A stretch of 58,225 nucleotides of DNA from NCBI GenBank assembly GCA_045222195.1, contig JBGUXN010000019.1, forward strand, positions 1 to 58,225. The letters run 5' to 3'. Under the pieces are notes generated by a model. The model made no database searches. It saw nothing but the letters and a program-made list of their open reading frames with translations, and was not told the origin of the DNA. The position numbers and the translations under genes are program-made. Each line of letters opens with the position of its first letter. The first letter of the stretch is position 1. Shown here piece by piece: positions 30,828 to 40,444 of the stretch. This stretch comes from Bacilli bacterium. Lineage in GTDB: Bacteria; Bacillota_I; Bacilli_A; RFN20; CAG-826.

Positions 30828-33322
30828 TGGCTTCTAAGAAGAATCTCGTTGTATTACTTATCATGCCTTTTGCCATCTCTATTCTTTCGTTTACCGCGAT
30901 TAATATGACTTTTAATTTAATCGATAACGATATTTTGAATATTGATTGGGATTATAAAGACAATGAGTCCTTCGCTTTAACCGATAATCAATACGCGCAT
31001 AAATTAAAAGCCACAGCGATTAACGATAGAAATTATCCAACCGCTCAAACATTAGTGTGGTCAGTTTATAACGCTGATGCAGCGGACTTAGGCAATCACG
31101 CTGAAATCGTCACTAAAGGTAGCGAATCATATTTACATACCTTAAGCGTGGGCAATGTTGTTATTACAGTATCTAACGATAAAGGCAATGTCCAAAAGAA
31201 GATGAACGCCATTATCTATAACAATAACGTTATTCTCTTTAATACCACCACTAAGGGATCGCAATCTAATGTTGATTCAACAATGTACTACGGCGAATAC
31301 GATGTGAACGATAGAGGCACTAAAGTATTATCTTCATTTGGTTATACCTTAGAGAGTGATTGCTTGAACCATGATTCTAAAGTCATCTTAATTGATAACT
31401 CCACGAATGTCAGTGTGGACACCGTTAAGAATGTCGTCTCATTTAAGTCCGCAGGTGATGCCTACTTAACATTTGGTTTTGATAGTCCAGCGTACACTGA
31501 TACATATACCTATAACTTCAAAATTGTGGAAGATGGTGTCAATGTTTATGATTACGATGATTTGCTCTTCTGCACCAATAAATCACAAAATGGCGAAATC
31601 GCCGTTTTAAGACGTCATTTTGAATCTTTAAGCAATACATATGTCTTAGATAGTAATGGCCGTCCTACAAGCCAAAAAAAGAACAATGAGACCGAACTAT
31701 TTGGTAAGTATAGCAACGGCAAGTATTCTTTCAAGAATGAGATCTATCAATTTGAAACAAAATACAATCAAGAATTCATTAAACAGTGGAATGAATTCGC
31801 TAAGAATAATTCTGGATACGAACCAGTCACTGATAAGGTCAATGTTGGTTTACATGTGCAAAAAGACTTCTACGGTAATGGCTTCACACTCAATTTACAT
31901 AACTTAACTTATCCATATCAAACGATGTCCGTTATTGACCAAGACGGCAATACACAAATTGTGCCTAAGTTAAGTGAAGATAACTTATTTAGAGGACCAT
32001 TACCTTACTATACCTTAGGGGATCCAAATAACATGCCACTTGTGACCGCTTATGGACAAGACAATATTGGTATGTACGTCGAAGGTGAAGATATCACCAT
32101 CAACGATGTCAATATCAAGAACTGTGACTTTGGTAATAACTTAGCGAACTTAGATACCGTTGGTACAGTCATGGAAGTTTATGGTTCTAACATCACTGTT
32201 AAGAACTCAAGATTATCAAACGGCAAGACAGTATTTAGAAGCTTTGGTGATAAAACCAGGGACAACGCTAATATCGTATTAGATAACTGTATGCTCTCTT
32301 ATTCCAGAAACTTCTTAGTCAGTTCAGGCAACTATAACTTCAACAAAGTTGATGGTTCTAGAACATATCAATTCGTCCATGAAGATGGAAAGAGAGAAAT
32401 GCATAAGATTGATGACTATCTATCCGACACTAAAGTGGATGGCAAGAAGTCATTAGGCGACCAAGCCCTTGAAGATTACTTGATGGGCGTCGACAAAGGC
32501 TACTTATTAGAAACCATGAGATCAATCCAAAATGGCTTAGACCTCGCTAGAACACCTGGTAATAGATACTATGGAGACTTAACCATTAATGACACATTGT
32601 TCTACCGCTCAGGTATCTCAAGCATCGCACTAGAAAGCTTGTTCAATGGTCCATTCCTCTATAACGCCACTCCAACACTTGTTGGCGAGATCTTTGCTAA
32701 AGCGGAAGGCCTATTAGACAATACAAGCCTTGTACCATTGCTTCCAAGACAAGTTGGAGGTATCTCATTCCCAGTTGAGATAAAACTCTCTGGAGAAACA
32801 AAGTTCTACGATTACAAGACATCAAACTTATTTGATATCAATGGCCTCGTAGGCGAACACATCTCAAATATCATTGGAACATACGCGCCCGAATATGCCG
32901 GTCTAATTAGTTTAGATAGGATATTCCCAATCAAAGATGTCTTGTTAGAAGACGGAGGCAAGTTAGGCGCAGTCCTCAAGGCTGATGGATCAAACAACCT
33001 TAATGTTCCAATCGCCTTCTACGGAGGTGGCATTAACATCTCTAGAGTGACTTGCGATGAAACATTCACTTATAGAGAGCACTTAATCGATTTGGATAGC
33101 GATGATTCCAATGTTGACGCAATGGATGTCGACTTCCTGAAGGCCTACGCCAAGATTCCACAAGCAGGTGATGGCATTATGGCTAACGCGGCAAACATCG
33201 TTCTCAAATGTGTCACCATCGTCTCAGGATTCAACCCATTTAAATTCACATTAGCCAAAGGTGATGGCTACTTATACAACGAGGCACCAAAGGTGCAAGA
33301 CTTAATCAATAACGCCAAGTAA
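30827..33322 (+). CDS. Large membrane-anchored or secreted protein, probable Ig-like plus beta-helix regions
   Basis: N-terminal hydrophobic anchor; FYGNGFTLN, ITINDVNIKNC, NITVKNSRLSNG, IVLDNCMLS parallel beta-helix-like repeats. Confidence 0.65.
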   Translation: MASKKNLVVLLIMPFAISILSFTAINMTFNLIDNDILNIDWDYKDNESFALTDNQYAHKLKATAINDRNYPTAQTLVWSVYNADAADLGNHAEIVTKGSESYLHTLSVGNVVITVSNDKGNVQKKMNAIIYNNNVILFNTTTKGSQSNVDSTMYYGEYDVNDRGTKVLSSFGYTLESDCLNHDSKVILIDNSTNVSVDTVKNVVSFKSAGDAYLTFGFDSPAYTDTYTYNFKIVEDGVNVYDYDDLLFCTNKSQNGEIAVLRRHFESLSNTYVLDSNGRPTSQKKNNETELFGKYSNGKYSFKNEIYQFETKYNQEFIKQWNEFAKNNSGYEPVTDKVNVGLHVQKDFYGNGFTLNLHNLTYPYQTMSVIDQDGNTQIVPKLSEDNLFRGPLPYYTLGDPNNMPLVTAYGQDNIGMYVEGEDITINDVNIKNCDFGNNLANLDTVGTVMEVYGSNITVKNSRLSNGKTVFRSFGDKTRDNANIVLDNCMLSYSRNFLVSSGNYNFNKVDGSRTYQFVHEDGKREMHKIDDYLSDTKVDGKKSLGDQALEDYLMGVDKGYLLETMRSIQNGLDLARTPGNRYYGDLTINDTLFYRSGISSIALESLFNGPFLYNATPTLVGEIFAKAEGLLDNTSLVPLLPRQVGGISFPVEIKLSGETKFYDYKTSNLFDINGLVGEHISNIIGTYAPEYAGLISLDRIFPIKDVLLEDGGKLGAVLKADGSNNLNVPIAFYGGGINISRVTCDETFTYREHLIDLDSDDSNVDAMDVDFLKAYAKIPQAGDGIMANAANIVLKCVTIVSGFNPFKFTLAKGDGYLYNEAPKVQDLINNAK

Positions 33323-33331
33323 AGGAGAGAA

Positions 33332-34411
33332 ATGATTATGAAGAAATTAGCAAAAGTATTAGTATTAACCACAATGTGCTTAGGCATGCCACTACTCAAT
33401 GCATGTTCATTCTTTAGAAGTAACAACAATGGTGAAAATGGTATTAAAAACATTGAAGTTACTCAAGATGAATTAGGTAATGCCATTATTACCATTCACT
33501 ATACCGATAGCACTAAGAAACCAGTAACCTTTACTCTTCCAAAAGGCGAGAACGGTCAAGATGGCGCCGGTATTAAAAGAGTGGATTACACCTCTGATGA
33601 ATATGGCGTCACCACAGTCACCATTACATTCACCAATTCTTTAGATCCAGTTTCATTCACCTTACAACCTGGTAAGAGCATTGCGGACGTTAAATTCGAA
33701 AAAGACGAATCAGATAACACTTTGATTATCTTTATCGATAGCGATGGTAATGAATTATCACCAATCACAGTTTTCAAAGGCGATACAGGTGAACAAGGCG
33801 TAGGCATTATTTCCATCATTTCTAACTATAACGCCGATGGTAGCGCCACATTAACTCTCACCTTAACCGATGAATCGGAATATAACGTTGATATTCCTGC
33901 ACCAAAGGAAGGCAGAGGCATTGAATCAATCATCACTAGAAAAGAAGGCACAAAAGTGTTCTTAGTGATTACATATACTGACGATACATCTGAAGAAGTT
34001 TCCTTCGATGCTGCACCATCATGGACAACAGGCAATGCTAAACCTGGTGATGGTTTCGGATACGACGGAGATTATTACTTCGATATTTCCCATGACATCA
34101 TTTACATCAAAGAAAACGGCATTTGGACAGTCGCAGTCGACTTTAATACAAACTCCGCTGAATACTCAGTCATCTTCGAATTAAATGACACCACAGCTGA
34201 ACCAGCTACATTTGCAGTTGGACAACGCTCATATGTCATTCGCAAAGGTGAAACATTCTATTCATCCAATTTAGACATGCCAGTTCCAACAAGATCTGGA
34301 TATACATTCGGTGGATGGTACACATCCTCAACTCCAAATGTCACACATGGTGCTTTCAATAACTTAACACCAGTTTTGAGTGATATGACTCTATACGCTA
34401 AATGGAATTAA
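33332..34411 (+). CDS. Lipoprotein with short Gly-X-Y/beta repeats and a C-terminal InlB B-repeat-like domain
   Basis: Lipobox LNAC; recurring G..G.GI..I...G...TI.(Y/F)T(D/N) units; PVPTRSGYTFGGWY...DMTLYAKWN. Confidence 0.8.
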   Translation: MIMKKLAKVLVLTTMCLGMPLLNACSFFRSNNNGENGIKNIEVTQDELGNAIITIHYTDSTKKPVTFTLPKGENGQDGAGIKRVDYTSDEYGVTTVTITFTNSLDPVSFTLQPGKSIADVKFEKDESDNTLIIFIDSDGNELSPITVFKGDTGEQGVGIISIISNYNADGSATLTLTLTDESEYNVDIPAPKEGRGIESIITRKEGTKVFLVITYTDDTSEEVSFDAAPSWTTGNAKPGDGFGYDGDYYFDISHDIIYIKENGIWTVAVDFNTNSAEYSVIFELNDTTAEPATFAVGQRSYVIRKGETFYSSNLDMPVPTRSGYTFGGWYTSSTPNVTHGAFNNLTPVLSDMTLYAKWN

Positions 34412-34443
34412 TTAAGATTAATTAGATTATAGAAAGGATACAC

Positions 34444-35085
34444 ATGAGAGGTAAGCCAATTAGAAACAAAAATAAGATTCTAGTCGCATTAGTGGCTCTT
34501 TTCACCATGCTCATGTGTACATCTGTCGGCTTTGCCGCTTGGATCACTACTGGTGGTAGTAACGCTACTGCTAACGGCACTATTGATGCCGATACAGTTG
34601 AAGGTGGAGGCGGTAGCCACACTCCACAAAATCTTGATGTCGTGACCATCACAAACGTTGATGAATATCAATACTATGCTGGTAATGGTTTCGTCAATAA
34701 TGGCGTTTATGATGACGAATGCTATCTCACCGGTTCTTGTTCTTTCAATGCCACTAATGGCAAAAAGTGTTTTACAAGTTTCAGAGACAGCAACTCATTC
34801 AAGCTTGATGTTGAACTATCAACAACAGCAAGCGGTGGATTATCTGGCTTGAACATCACTTCTAGTGAAATCTCTTTGACAAGCACAAACTTCACTGTCG
34901 GAAGTCAAAATCCAACTGATTCAACAACGATTACCACCACATTCACCATTACTTGTGGCAGTAACGAATCAGATTTCACTTTTGATTTTTCTGTGAAACT
35001 AGTATATGGCGAAACATTATCAAGCTTCCCAGATTTAAGTTCCGCACCAATCAGCATTAAATTTACACCAAAGGAGAACGCATAA
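34444..35085 (+). CDS. Third secreted protein with SipW-class-like signal peptide (candidate minor subunit)
   Basis: SVGFA-AWITTGGSNATANGTIDADTV parallels SVGFA-SWVISQGDAKTVDGSIVVDTV of 22422. Confidence 0.7.
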   Translation: MRGKPIRNKNKILVALVALFTMLMCTSVGFAAWITTGGSNATANGTIDADTVEGGGGSHTPQNLDVVTITNVDEYQYYAGNGFVNNGVYDDECYLTGSCSFNATNGKKCFTSFRDSNSFKLDVELSTTASGGLSGLNITSSEISLTSTNFTVGSQNPTDSTTITTTFTITCGSNESDFTFDFSVKLVYGETLSSFPDLSSAPISIKFTPKENA

Positions 35086-35086
35086 C

Positions 35087-37966
35087 ATGAGAGCGATTAA
35101 ACGTATTGCGTCTATATTCATGTTCATGGCGTTCGCTATTGGTGGAGTAGCAGAACTCGCTAAAGCAAGTTGGACAACTGGCGATGGAAACGGAAATGAT
35201 AACGCCAATCCTGTCAGTGAAGCCTTTACAAGTTCAGCGCAAGAACCTATCTGCTATAACGCTTCCACAAACGTTAAATATCCAACCATTTATGGTGCTT
35301 TAAATGCAGCAACAAGTGGTCAAACAATCTATGTATATCCTTCACTACATCAGAATTCCACAGTTGTCAGCGGTTCTCCAACTTTAACAACATATGTAAC
35401 AGAGACTAACAATCTTGTTATTAAAAACGGTGTTACACTTGCCCTACCATTCAGTGGCACTTCTGTATCAGAAATGAATACAAGCACCATGCATAACTTT
35501 AGTAACAAATCGAGAATTGATACCAACCTAACTAATGTCCATAAAAATAGAAAAATCTGTTTGAACATGAGAGAAGGCGCGGACATTACCATTCAACAAG
35601 GTGGTACCTTAACCATTGGTGGTAAGTTCTATCAAACTGGTGTCTGTTTAGAATACTGTGAAATTAATTTAGGTTCAGGTTCTTCTATTGCGTGTAACGG
35701 AACTATTAACTGTTATGGCGTTATTAAAGAGCAAAAAGATAGTACAAACACCACATATGACACCACAACATACGGAAACACAAATGACTCAGGCAGAAGC
35801 GTCATCATTTATAGTGGAAGCACACTTAAAACTTACATCTGCTTAAAAGACGCTAAATCAGGTGCCACCATTTTGTCATATAACGATGAGGGCATTTGTC
35901 CATTTAATACGTATGACTTCCCTGGCATTCAAACCTTTATGTCTGTTAAATACGGTGCAACAGTTACTGCCTATGCAGTCATGTTCATTTCTTCTACAAC
36001 TGTTTGCGAATCATTTACCGTCATCAACAATGGATCTTCCGATAGTATGTTCCAATTAAGCAGCGGAGCATCCATTGATGTTGAATACGTGCCTAAGGAT
36101 GCTGAATACTTCACAGGTGCTACTAACACCTGCACCAAGATTTGTATCAATGGTACCGTTAGCCTTGGCAGAATCAAGATTACTGTTAGCGGTCAAAGCG
36201 TTGACACAAATAACTTCTTCTTACCAATCGGCTACAATATTAAGATTGCCGTTTTATCCGGTGGTAATTTACAAACTTCAAAGAGAGTTAAATTCCTCCC
36301 AGGTAGCGAACTCCACGTTAGAAACAATGGTACATTTACTTTCAGCAACCAAGTAACATTCTATAGAGTCGACAGACTTCCATCATCATGGTCATATGGA
36401 AACAAGACCAATGATGCAGTTTTAGAAGTTAATGGTAGCTTAGTGGCTAGTGGTACTTCCGCTGCTATCGGTGCAAGAATCACTCACTCCAGTACCGGTG
36501 GTACAGGTTCTCTTAATTTATCCGCTATTTCTGCCCAAAGTAAATTAACTGTTTCTACAATTGAAGAAGTTAATGGCGCGGATATCAGCGTAACATCAAT
36601 CGGCTTATTCAACATGAATGGCGAATATGTTAACGCTCAATTCAAGAGTGGCCAAACATATACAAGTGGCTATGCAAGCAATAACTACTATTGGAATGGC
36701 GAATACATCGATTCAAGCGATATCACATTCATCATTGCTGAAGCAAGCTTCACACGCAAACTCATTTCTTATAGTGTCTATCAAGGCACCACAAATAATG
36801 CTTCTAACCAAGAAGTGATTGCTGAAGATGTCACAGAAGCTAGATCTTATCCATTCAAGACAAGCAACTACATCCACATCACAACCAAGTATGGCTGTAC
36901 ATTTACTGCAACCGATAGCGCTGGTAACCCAATCACTATCACTAATGGTTGGATTAGATTCTCCGGTGATATCACAGTGACAATTAACCCAGTTGAAGCG
37001 GTTAACTTCCAAATCTCCACAGAGTCTAAGAGTGGCGCTGGTTATTTGACATACAACGTGAAACTCGGTCCAACAAGCGCGGTAAGTGAAACCACTATAG
37101 ATACTTCTAGTGCTAACCAAACCATCACAATGCCAAAAGGCTATTACATTAGAGTCAAGATGCAAGGTTCTGGTGGTTCATATTCATCGCACACCATTAA
37201 ATCAGGAAGTGAGAACTTACCAGATGGCTTCACACACGACAAAGCCGTTCGTGTTAACGGTGATGTCCATGTCCACTTCGACTTCACTGCGGGCTGTATT
37301 ACCGCTGATGCTTTGGTGTTACTCCCAGATGGCACAACCACAAAAGCGGAAAATCTCCATATTGGTGATTTAGTGAAGACATGGAGTTTTGAAACTGGTG
37401 GCTGGGTCGTTGAACCTATCATCTTCTTAGAAGAAATTATAGATGTTCATACAAGAGTTATTACATTGACATTTGATGACAATAGTTCTATTGATGTCTG
37501 TTGGAAACAAGGATTCTTTGATACCGACTTACTAGACTACTTCGTCGTCAACGACGATAACTATCAAGATGCGGTCGGAAGAAATGTCCTCGCGTTCGAC
37601 GGAGATACTCCAGTTACCAAGAGAATCGTCTCCGCAACAAGCGAAGTGAAATTAACATCGACGTATGAAATTCACTCAGGCCATGGCTATCAAATCGTCG
37701 CTAACGATATCTTAACTATCGAACCATTAATTAACGAACATGTCTGGTTCACCGTTAATGAAGATTACAAGTATGACGAAGAACTCATGAGACAAGATCT
37801 TGAAACATATGGTGTCTTATCATACGAAGCATTTGCTGATTATGTCACTGAAGAACAATACGATCTCTTCAATGGTCAATACTTAGCGGTACCAATTGGT
37901 AAAGGCTACTTCACTCTTGAAGAATTGATGGAAATCATCAAACACTTCTTACCAGGTAATACCTAG
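35087..37966 (+). CDS. Large adhesin-like secreted protein with a C-terminal Hint domain
   Basis: Signal ending LAKA-SWTT; Ser/Thr/Gly-rich beta-solenoid-like body; G-CITADALVLLPDG...AENLHIGDLV...YEI...IVANDILT Hint pattern from Cys737 (nt 37295). Confidence 0.8.
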   Translation: MRAIKRIASIFMFMAFAIGGVAELAKASWTTGDGNGNDNANPVSEAFTSSAQEPICYNASTNVKYPTIYGALNAATSGQTIYVYPSLHQNSTVVSGSPTLTTYVTETNNLVIKNGVTLALPFSGTSVSEMNTSTMHNFSNKSRIDTNLTNVHKNRKICLNMREGADITIQQGGTLTIGGKFYQTGVCLEYCEINLGSGSSIACNGTINCYGVIKEQKDSTNTTYDTTTYGNTNDSGRSVIIYSGSTLKTYICLKDAKSGATILSYNDEGICPFNTYDFPGIQTFMSVKYGATVTAYAVMFISSTTVCESFTVINNGSSDSMFQLSSGASIDVEYVPKDAEYFTGATNTCTKICINGTVSLGRIKITVSGQSVDTNNFFLPIGYNIKIAVLSGGNLQTSKRVKFLPGSELHVRNNGTFTFSNQVTFYRVDRLPSSWSYGNKTNDAVLEVNGSLVASGTSAAIGARITHSSTGGTGSLNLSAISAQSKLTVSTIEEVNGADISVTSIGLFNMNGEYVNAQFKSGQTYTSGYASNNYYWNGEYIDSSDITFIIAEASFTRKLISYSVYQGTTNNASNQEVIAEDVTEARSYPFKTSNYIHITTKYGCTFTATDSAGNPITITNGWIRFSGDITVTINPVEAVNFQISTESKSGAGYLTYNVKLGPTSAVSETTIDTSSANQTITMPKGYYIRVKMQGSGGSYSSHTIKSGSENLPDGFTHDKAVRVNGDVHVHFDFTAGCITADALVLLPDGTTTKAENLHIGDLVKTWSFETGGWVVEPIIFLEEIIDVHTRVITLTFDDNSSIDVCWKQGFFDTDLLDYFVVNDDNYQDAVGRNVLAFDGDTPVTKRIVSATSEVKLTSTYEIHSGHGYQIVANDILTIEPLINEHVWFTVNEDYKYDEELMRQDLETYGVLSYEAFADYVTEEQYDLFNGQYLAVPIGKGYFTLEELMEIIKHFLPGNT

Positions 37967-37973
37967 AAAAAAT

Positions 37974-38002
37974 AAATCCACTCAGCAATGGGTGGATTTT
38001 TT
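37974..38002. terminator. Bidirectional intrinsic terminator
   Basis: AAATCCACTCA-GCAA-TGGGTGGATTT with A/T runs on both sides, between convergent genes. Confidence 0.85.
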
Positions 38003-39860
38003 ATTCTTCTTTTTGTTTTGGTTTATAAAAGAATATTAATACGAGGAACACTAGAGTGATAAGTGTTGGTCCTAGATAATCAATAAATATATCTTTAAAA
38101 CCAAAATATCTTTCTGGAACGAATAATTGAATAACTTCTGATAATGTAGCGAGCATAAAAGCTAATACACCAGTAATCAAAAGAATATATAACTTATCTT
38201 TCTTTGCTTTAGGTTCTAAATATGTATAGAAGAACAAAATTAAGAATAATGTACTTAATAGATGTAAGAAAGCATGACCCACGATTTTTCTAACTGATAC
38301 TGGATCGACGTCCGCTAATTCCGATTTAGTGGGATCCACGACATTAAAGATAATTCTATTTTGACAATATGTTCCTTCATATCTAAAAGAGAAACTTAAA
38401 GATAGCTCACCACTTCCCACGAATCTAAAGTTATAAACACCATTTTCTACTTTAGATAATGAATAGTAATTAGCGATTAATGTACATGATACATAATCAG
38501 GATGTTCTTCTATACCTGTATCACGATGTCTAATAATGATATCTAAACGATAATCATGATTATTAACTAATTCTTGTTTTAAATATGAGACGCCTTCAAA
38601 TAAGAGATCAACATCAATATTGAATTGATTAGAAAATGTATCACATAGTATAGAGTGGTTATTTAACTTTATTGATGGATCATCTAATAAATGAACATCT
38701 AAAGAAGTATTACCAGCATTATTACCTCTAATAAAGAGTTCGTTATTAAATGCGAAAACACCGTTTTTAAGCGACTTTTTGATTTGGGCATGACAAATAC
38801 CTTCATCGTTGCTTTTCACCATGAGAGCGTGCTCCGAAAGCTCATTTCCCCCTAGCTTTATAGTTTGACCGATGTAGGAAGAGATGATTTGTTCTGGACA
38901 AACAATATCTTTAACGGATTCTATAGTTAATTCACTTATTGAGAGAGGAGAACATGTTTCATTTAAGACAGTGAAAGACACGGAACTTCCATATGTAGAT
39001 GTAATTACGTGTTCTCCTGGAGATGTAGCTTCGCCTATTTTCACTATTTCGTTTTCTTCATCGATGATGATATTAGAGTCATCACTTATATAATGGTGAT
39101 TTGATAAGTCTAAAGCATCGCGGAATCTAGTTTCTGAAAATGGAGAATAATAAAGACCATTCTTTTCTAAAGCGTTATAGTAAACACCACCTCTAATATA
39201 GTCTTCTTGTTTAGAGATATTGTAGCCATCTTTAACAATATCTTCTTCATATGGTTCTAAGAATAATGATGAGATATAGAAACTACTTCCTAACTTAGGA
39301 GATGTATTACTAACGTATATATTCTCTTTAGTGGGTACTTGTTTATCCACGACATCAAAGTTAATAGTTAATAATCTATTCGTGGATGGCACACTTAAGG
39401 TGATGAATTGATTAGAAGCAGCTTTCTTACCATAGATGGTGAGATTTTGTTTGCCTATATCATAGTCACAAATGAAATAGTTATCAGAACCTTTAGAGGT
39501 TTTGATATTGACCGTCTTTTCTTTTAGTGATTCATCAGTGCCTTCAGGAAATATCTCTTTTATTTCCATTTGAAATGAATCGCCCACAAATACTTTGTAG
39601 CGGTCATCATCAAATAGATATGAATAGTATTTATGACTATATTCCCCGATTTCTAATCTTTCTGGTCTAACTGGTTTAACACCTTTAAGGGTATTCACTA
39701 TAGAGTTCACTATGAGACTTCCAACATCATTGACCCATAATGTCGCGGTTCTTGGCAAAGTGGAACCCACGATGATAAGAGATGCGAAAATAATATGAAG
39801 ACCTAAAAATAGATACATCCTAAAAGGTCTATGTTTAAATGATGGAAGATTACTCAACAT
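38001..39860 (-). CDS. Second VanZ-like membrane protein with a large extracellular insertion
   Basis: N-terminal TM; C-terminal VRKIVGHAF...SEVIQLFVPERY....DIFID VanZ signature. Confidence 0.8.
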   Translation of the reverse strand: MLSNLPSFKHRPFRMYLFLGLHIIFASLIIVGSTLPRTATLWVNDVGSLIVNSIVNTLKGVKPVRPERLEIGEYSHKYYSYLFDDDRYKVFVGDSFQMEIKEIFPEGTDESLKEKTVNIKTSKGSDNYFICDYDIGKQNLTIYGKKAASNQFITLSVPSTNRLLTINFDVVDKQVPTKENIYVSNTSPKLGSSFYISSLFLEPYEEDIVKDGYNISKQEDYIRGGVYYNALEKNGLYYSPFSETRFRDALDLSNHHYISDDSNIIIDEENEIVKIGEATSPGEHVITSTYGSSVSFTVLNETCSPLSISELTIESVKDIVCPEQIISSYIGQTIKLGGNELSEHALMVKSNDEGICHAQIKKSLKNGVFAFNNELFIRGNNAGNTSLDVHLLDDPSIKLNNHSILCDTFSNQFNIDVDLLFEGVSYLKQELVNNHDYRLDIIIRHRDTGIEEHPDYVSCTLIANYYSLSKVENGVYNFRFVGSGELSLSFSFRYEGTYCQNRIIFNVVDPTKSELADVDPVSVRKIVGHAFLHLLSTLFLILFFYTYLEPKAKKDKLYILLITGVLAFMLATLSEVIQLFVPERYFGFKDIFIDYLGPTLITLVFLVLIFFYKPKQKEE

Positions 39861-39898
39861 ATTTTAATTATATCTTTTAGATAGCACAGAAGATGTAA

Positions 39899-40444
39899 TT
39901 ATTGATATATCTCATTAAGAGCGATGTTCCAATCTTCTTGCTTGTAGAAGCGGAAGCCATAAACATATTTGGTTTTATTTGTTAAATGATTGTGACCCAC
40001 TATTTTTAGTAAGGCTTGATAAGCATTTTTACTATTAGCAATCAAAACAATATTAGGATTGATATCCTTAAAGGCGTCATAATCCAATTTAATGTTTTCT
40101 AAATCATTATCTAATGAAGAATTATGAGGGTTATCACATGATTCTATAACATCAATAAAGGCAATGCCCTTTTCTTTTAACTCATCCATGATAGCGGATA
40201 TCTTGCCCGCTTTTTTGTTAATAACAAAATGTGTTGTCTTAAAATAGGCATCTAATATACGATACATTGGATTATATGGACTCATATAATAGAAGTCTTT
40301 ATTGATGCCTCTCCCTTGAGGGGAAGTGATGGTTCCTACAATAACGACTTTCGTATTTTCATTAACTAAACGATAGTCTTTATTAAAACTATGATAAGAA
40401 CCACCACGACCATCTTTTTCTATTGTTTTTAAGAAAGTGCTCAT
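39899..40444 (-). CDS. Uracil-DNA glycosylase superfamily-like protein (divergent)
   Basis: VVIVGT, FYYMSPYNPMYRIL, GIAFIDVIESC, SSLD resemble deoxyinosine/MUG-type glycosylases; the C-terminal PS motif is not seen. Confidence 0.55.
   Translation of the reverse strand: MSTFLKTIEKDGRGGSYHSFNKDYRLVNENTKVVIVGTITSPQGRGINKDFYYMSPYNPMYRILDAYFKTTHFVINKKAGKISAIMDELKEKGIAFIDVIESCDNPHNSSLDNDLENIKLDYDAFKDINPNIVLIANSKNAYQALLKIVGHNHLTNKTKYVYGFRFYKQEDWNIALNEIYQ

Noticed and set aside
32400-33322. Apparent codon-usage shift in the 3' part of the 831-aa gene, suggesting a mosaic
   Set aside because: Impression by eye only; needs a sliding-window codon/GC3 calculation and homologue alignment
37295-37720. 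Hint region as a true self-splicing intein or mobile element
   Set aside because: No terminal His-Asn plus Cys/Ser/Thr and no homing endonuclease; it fits a non-intein Hint domain better
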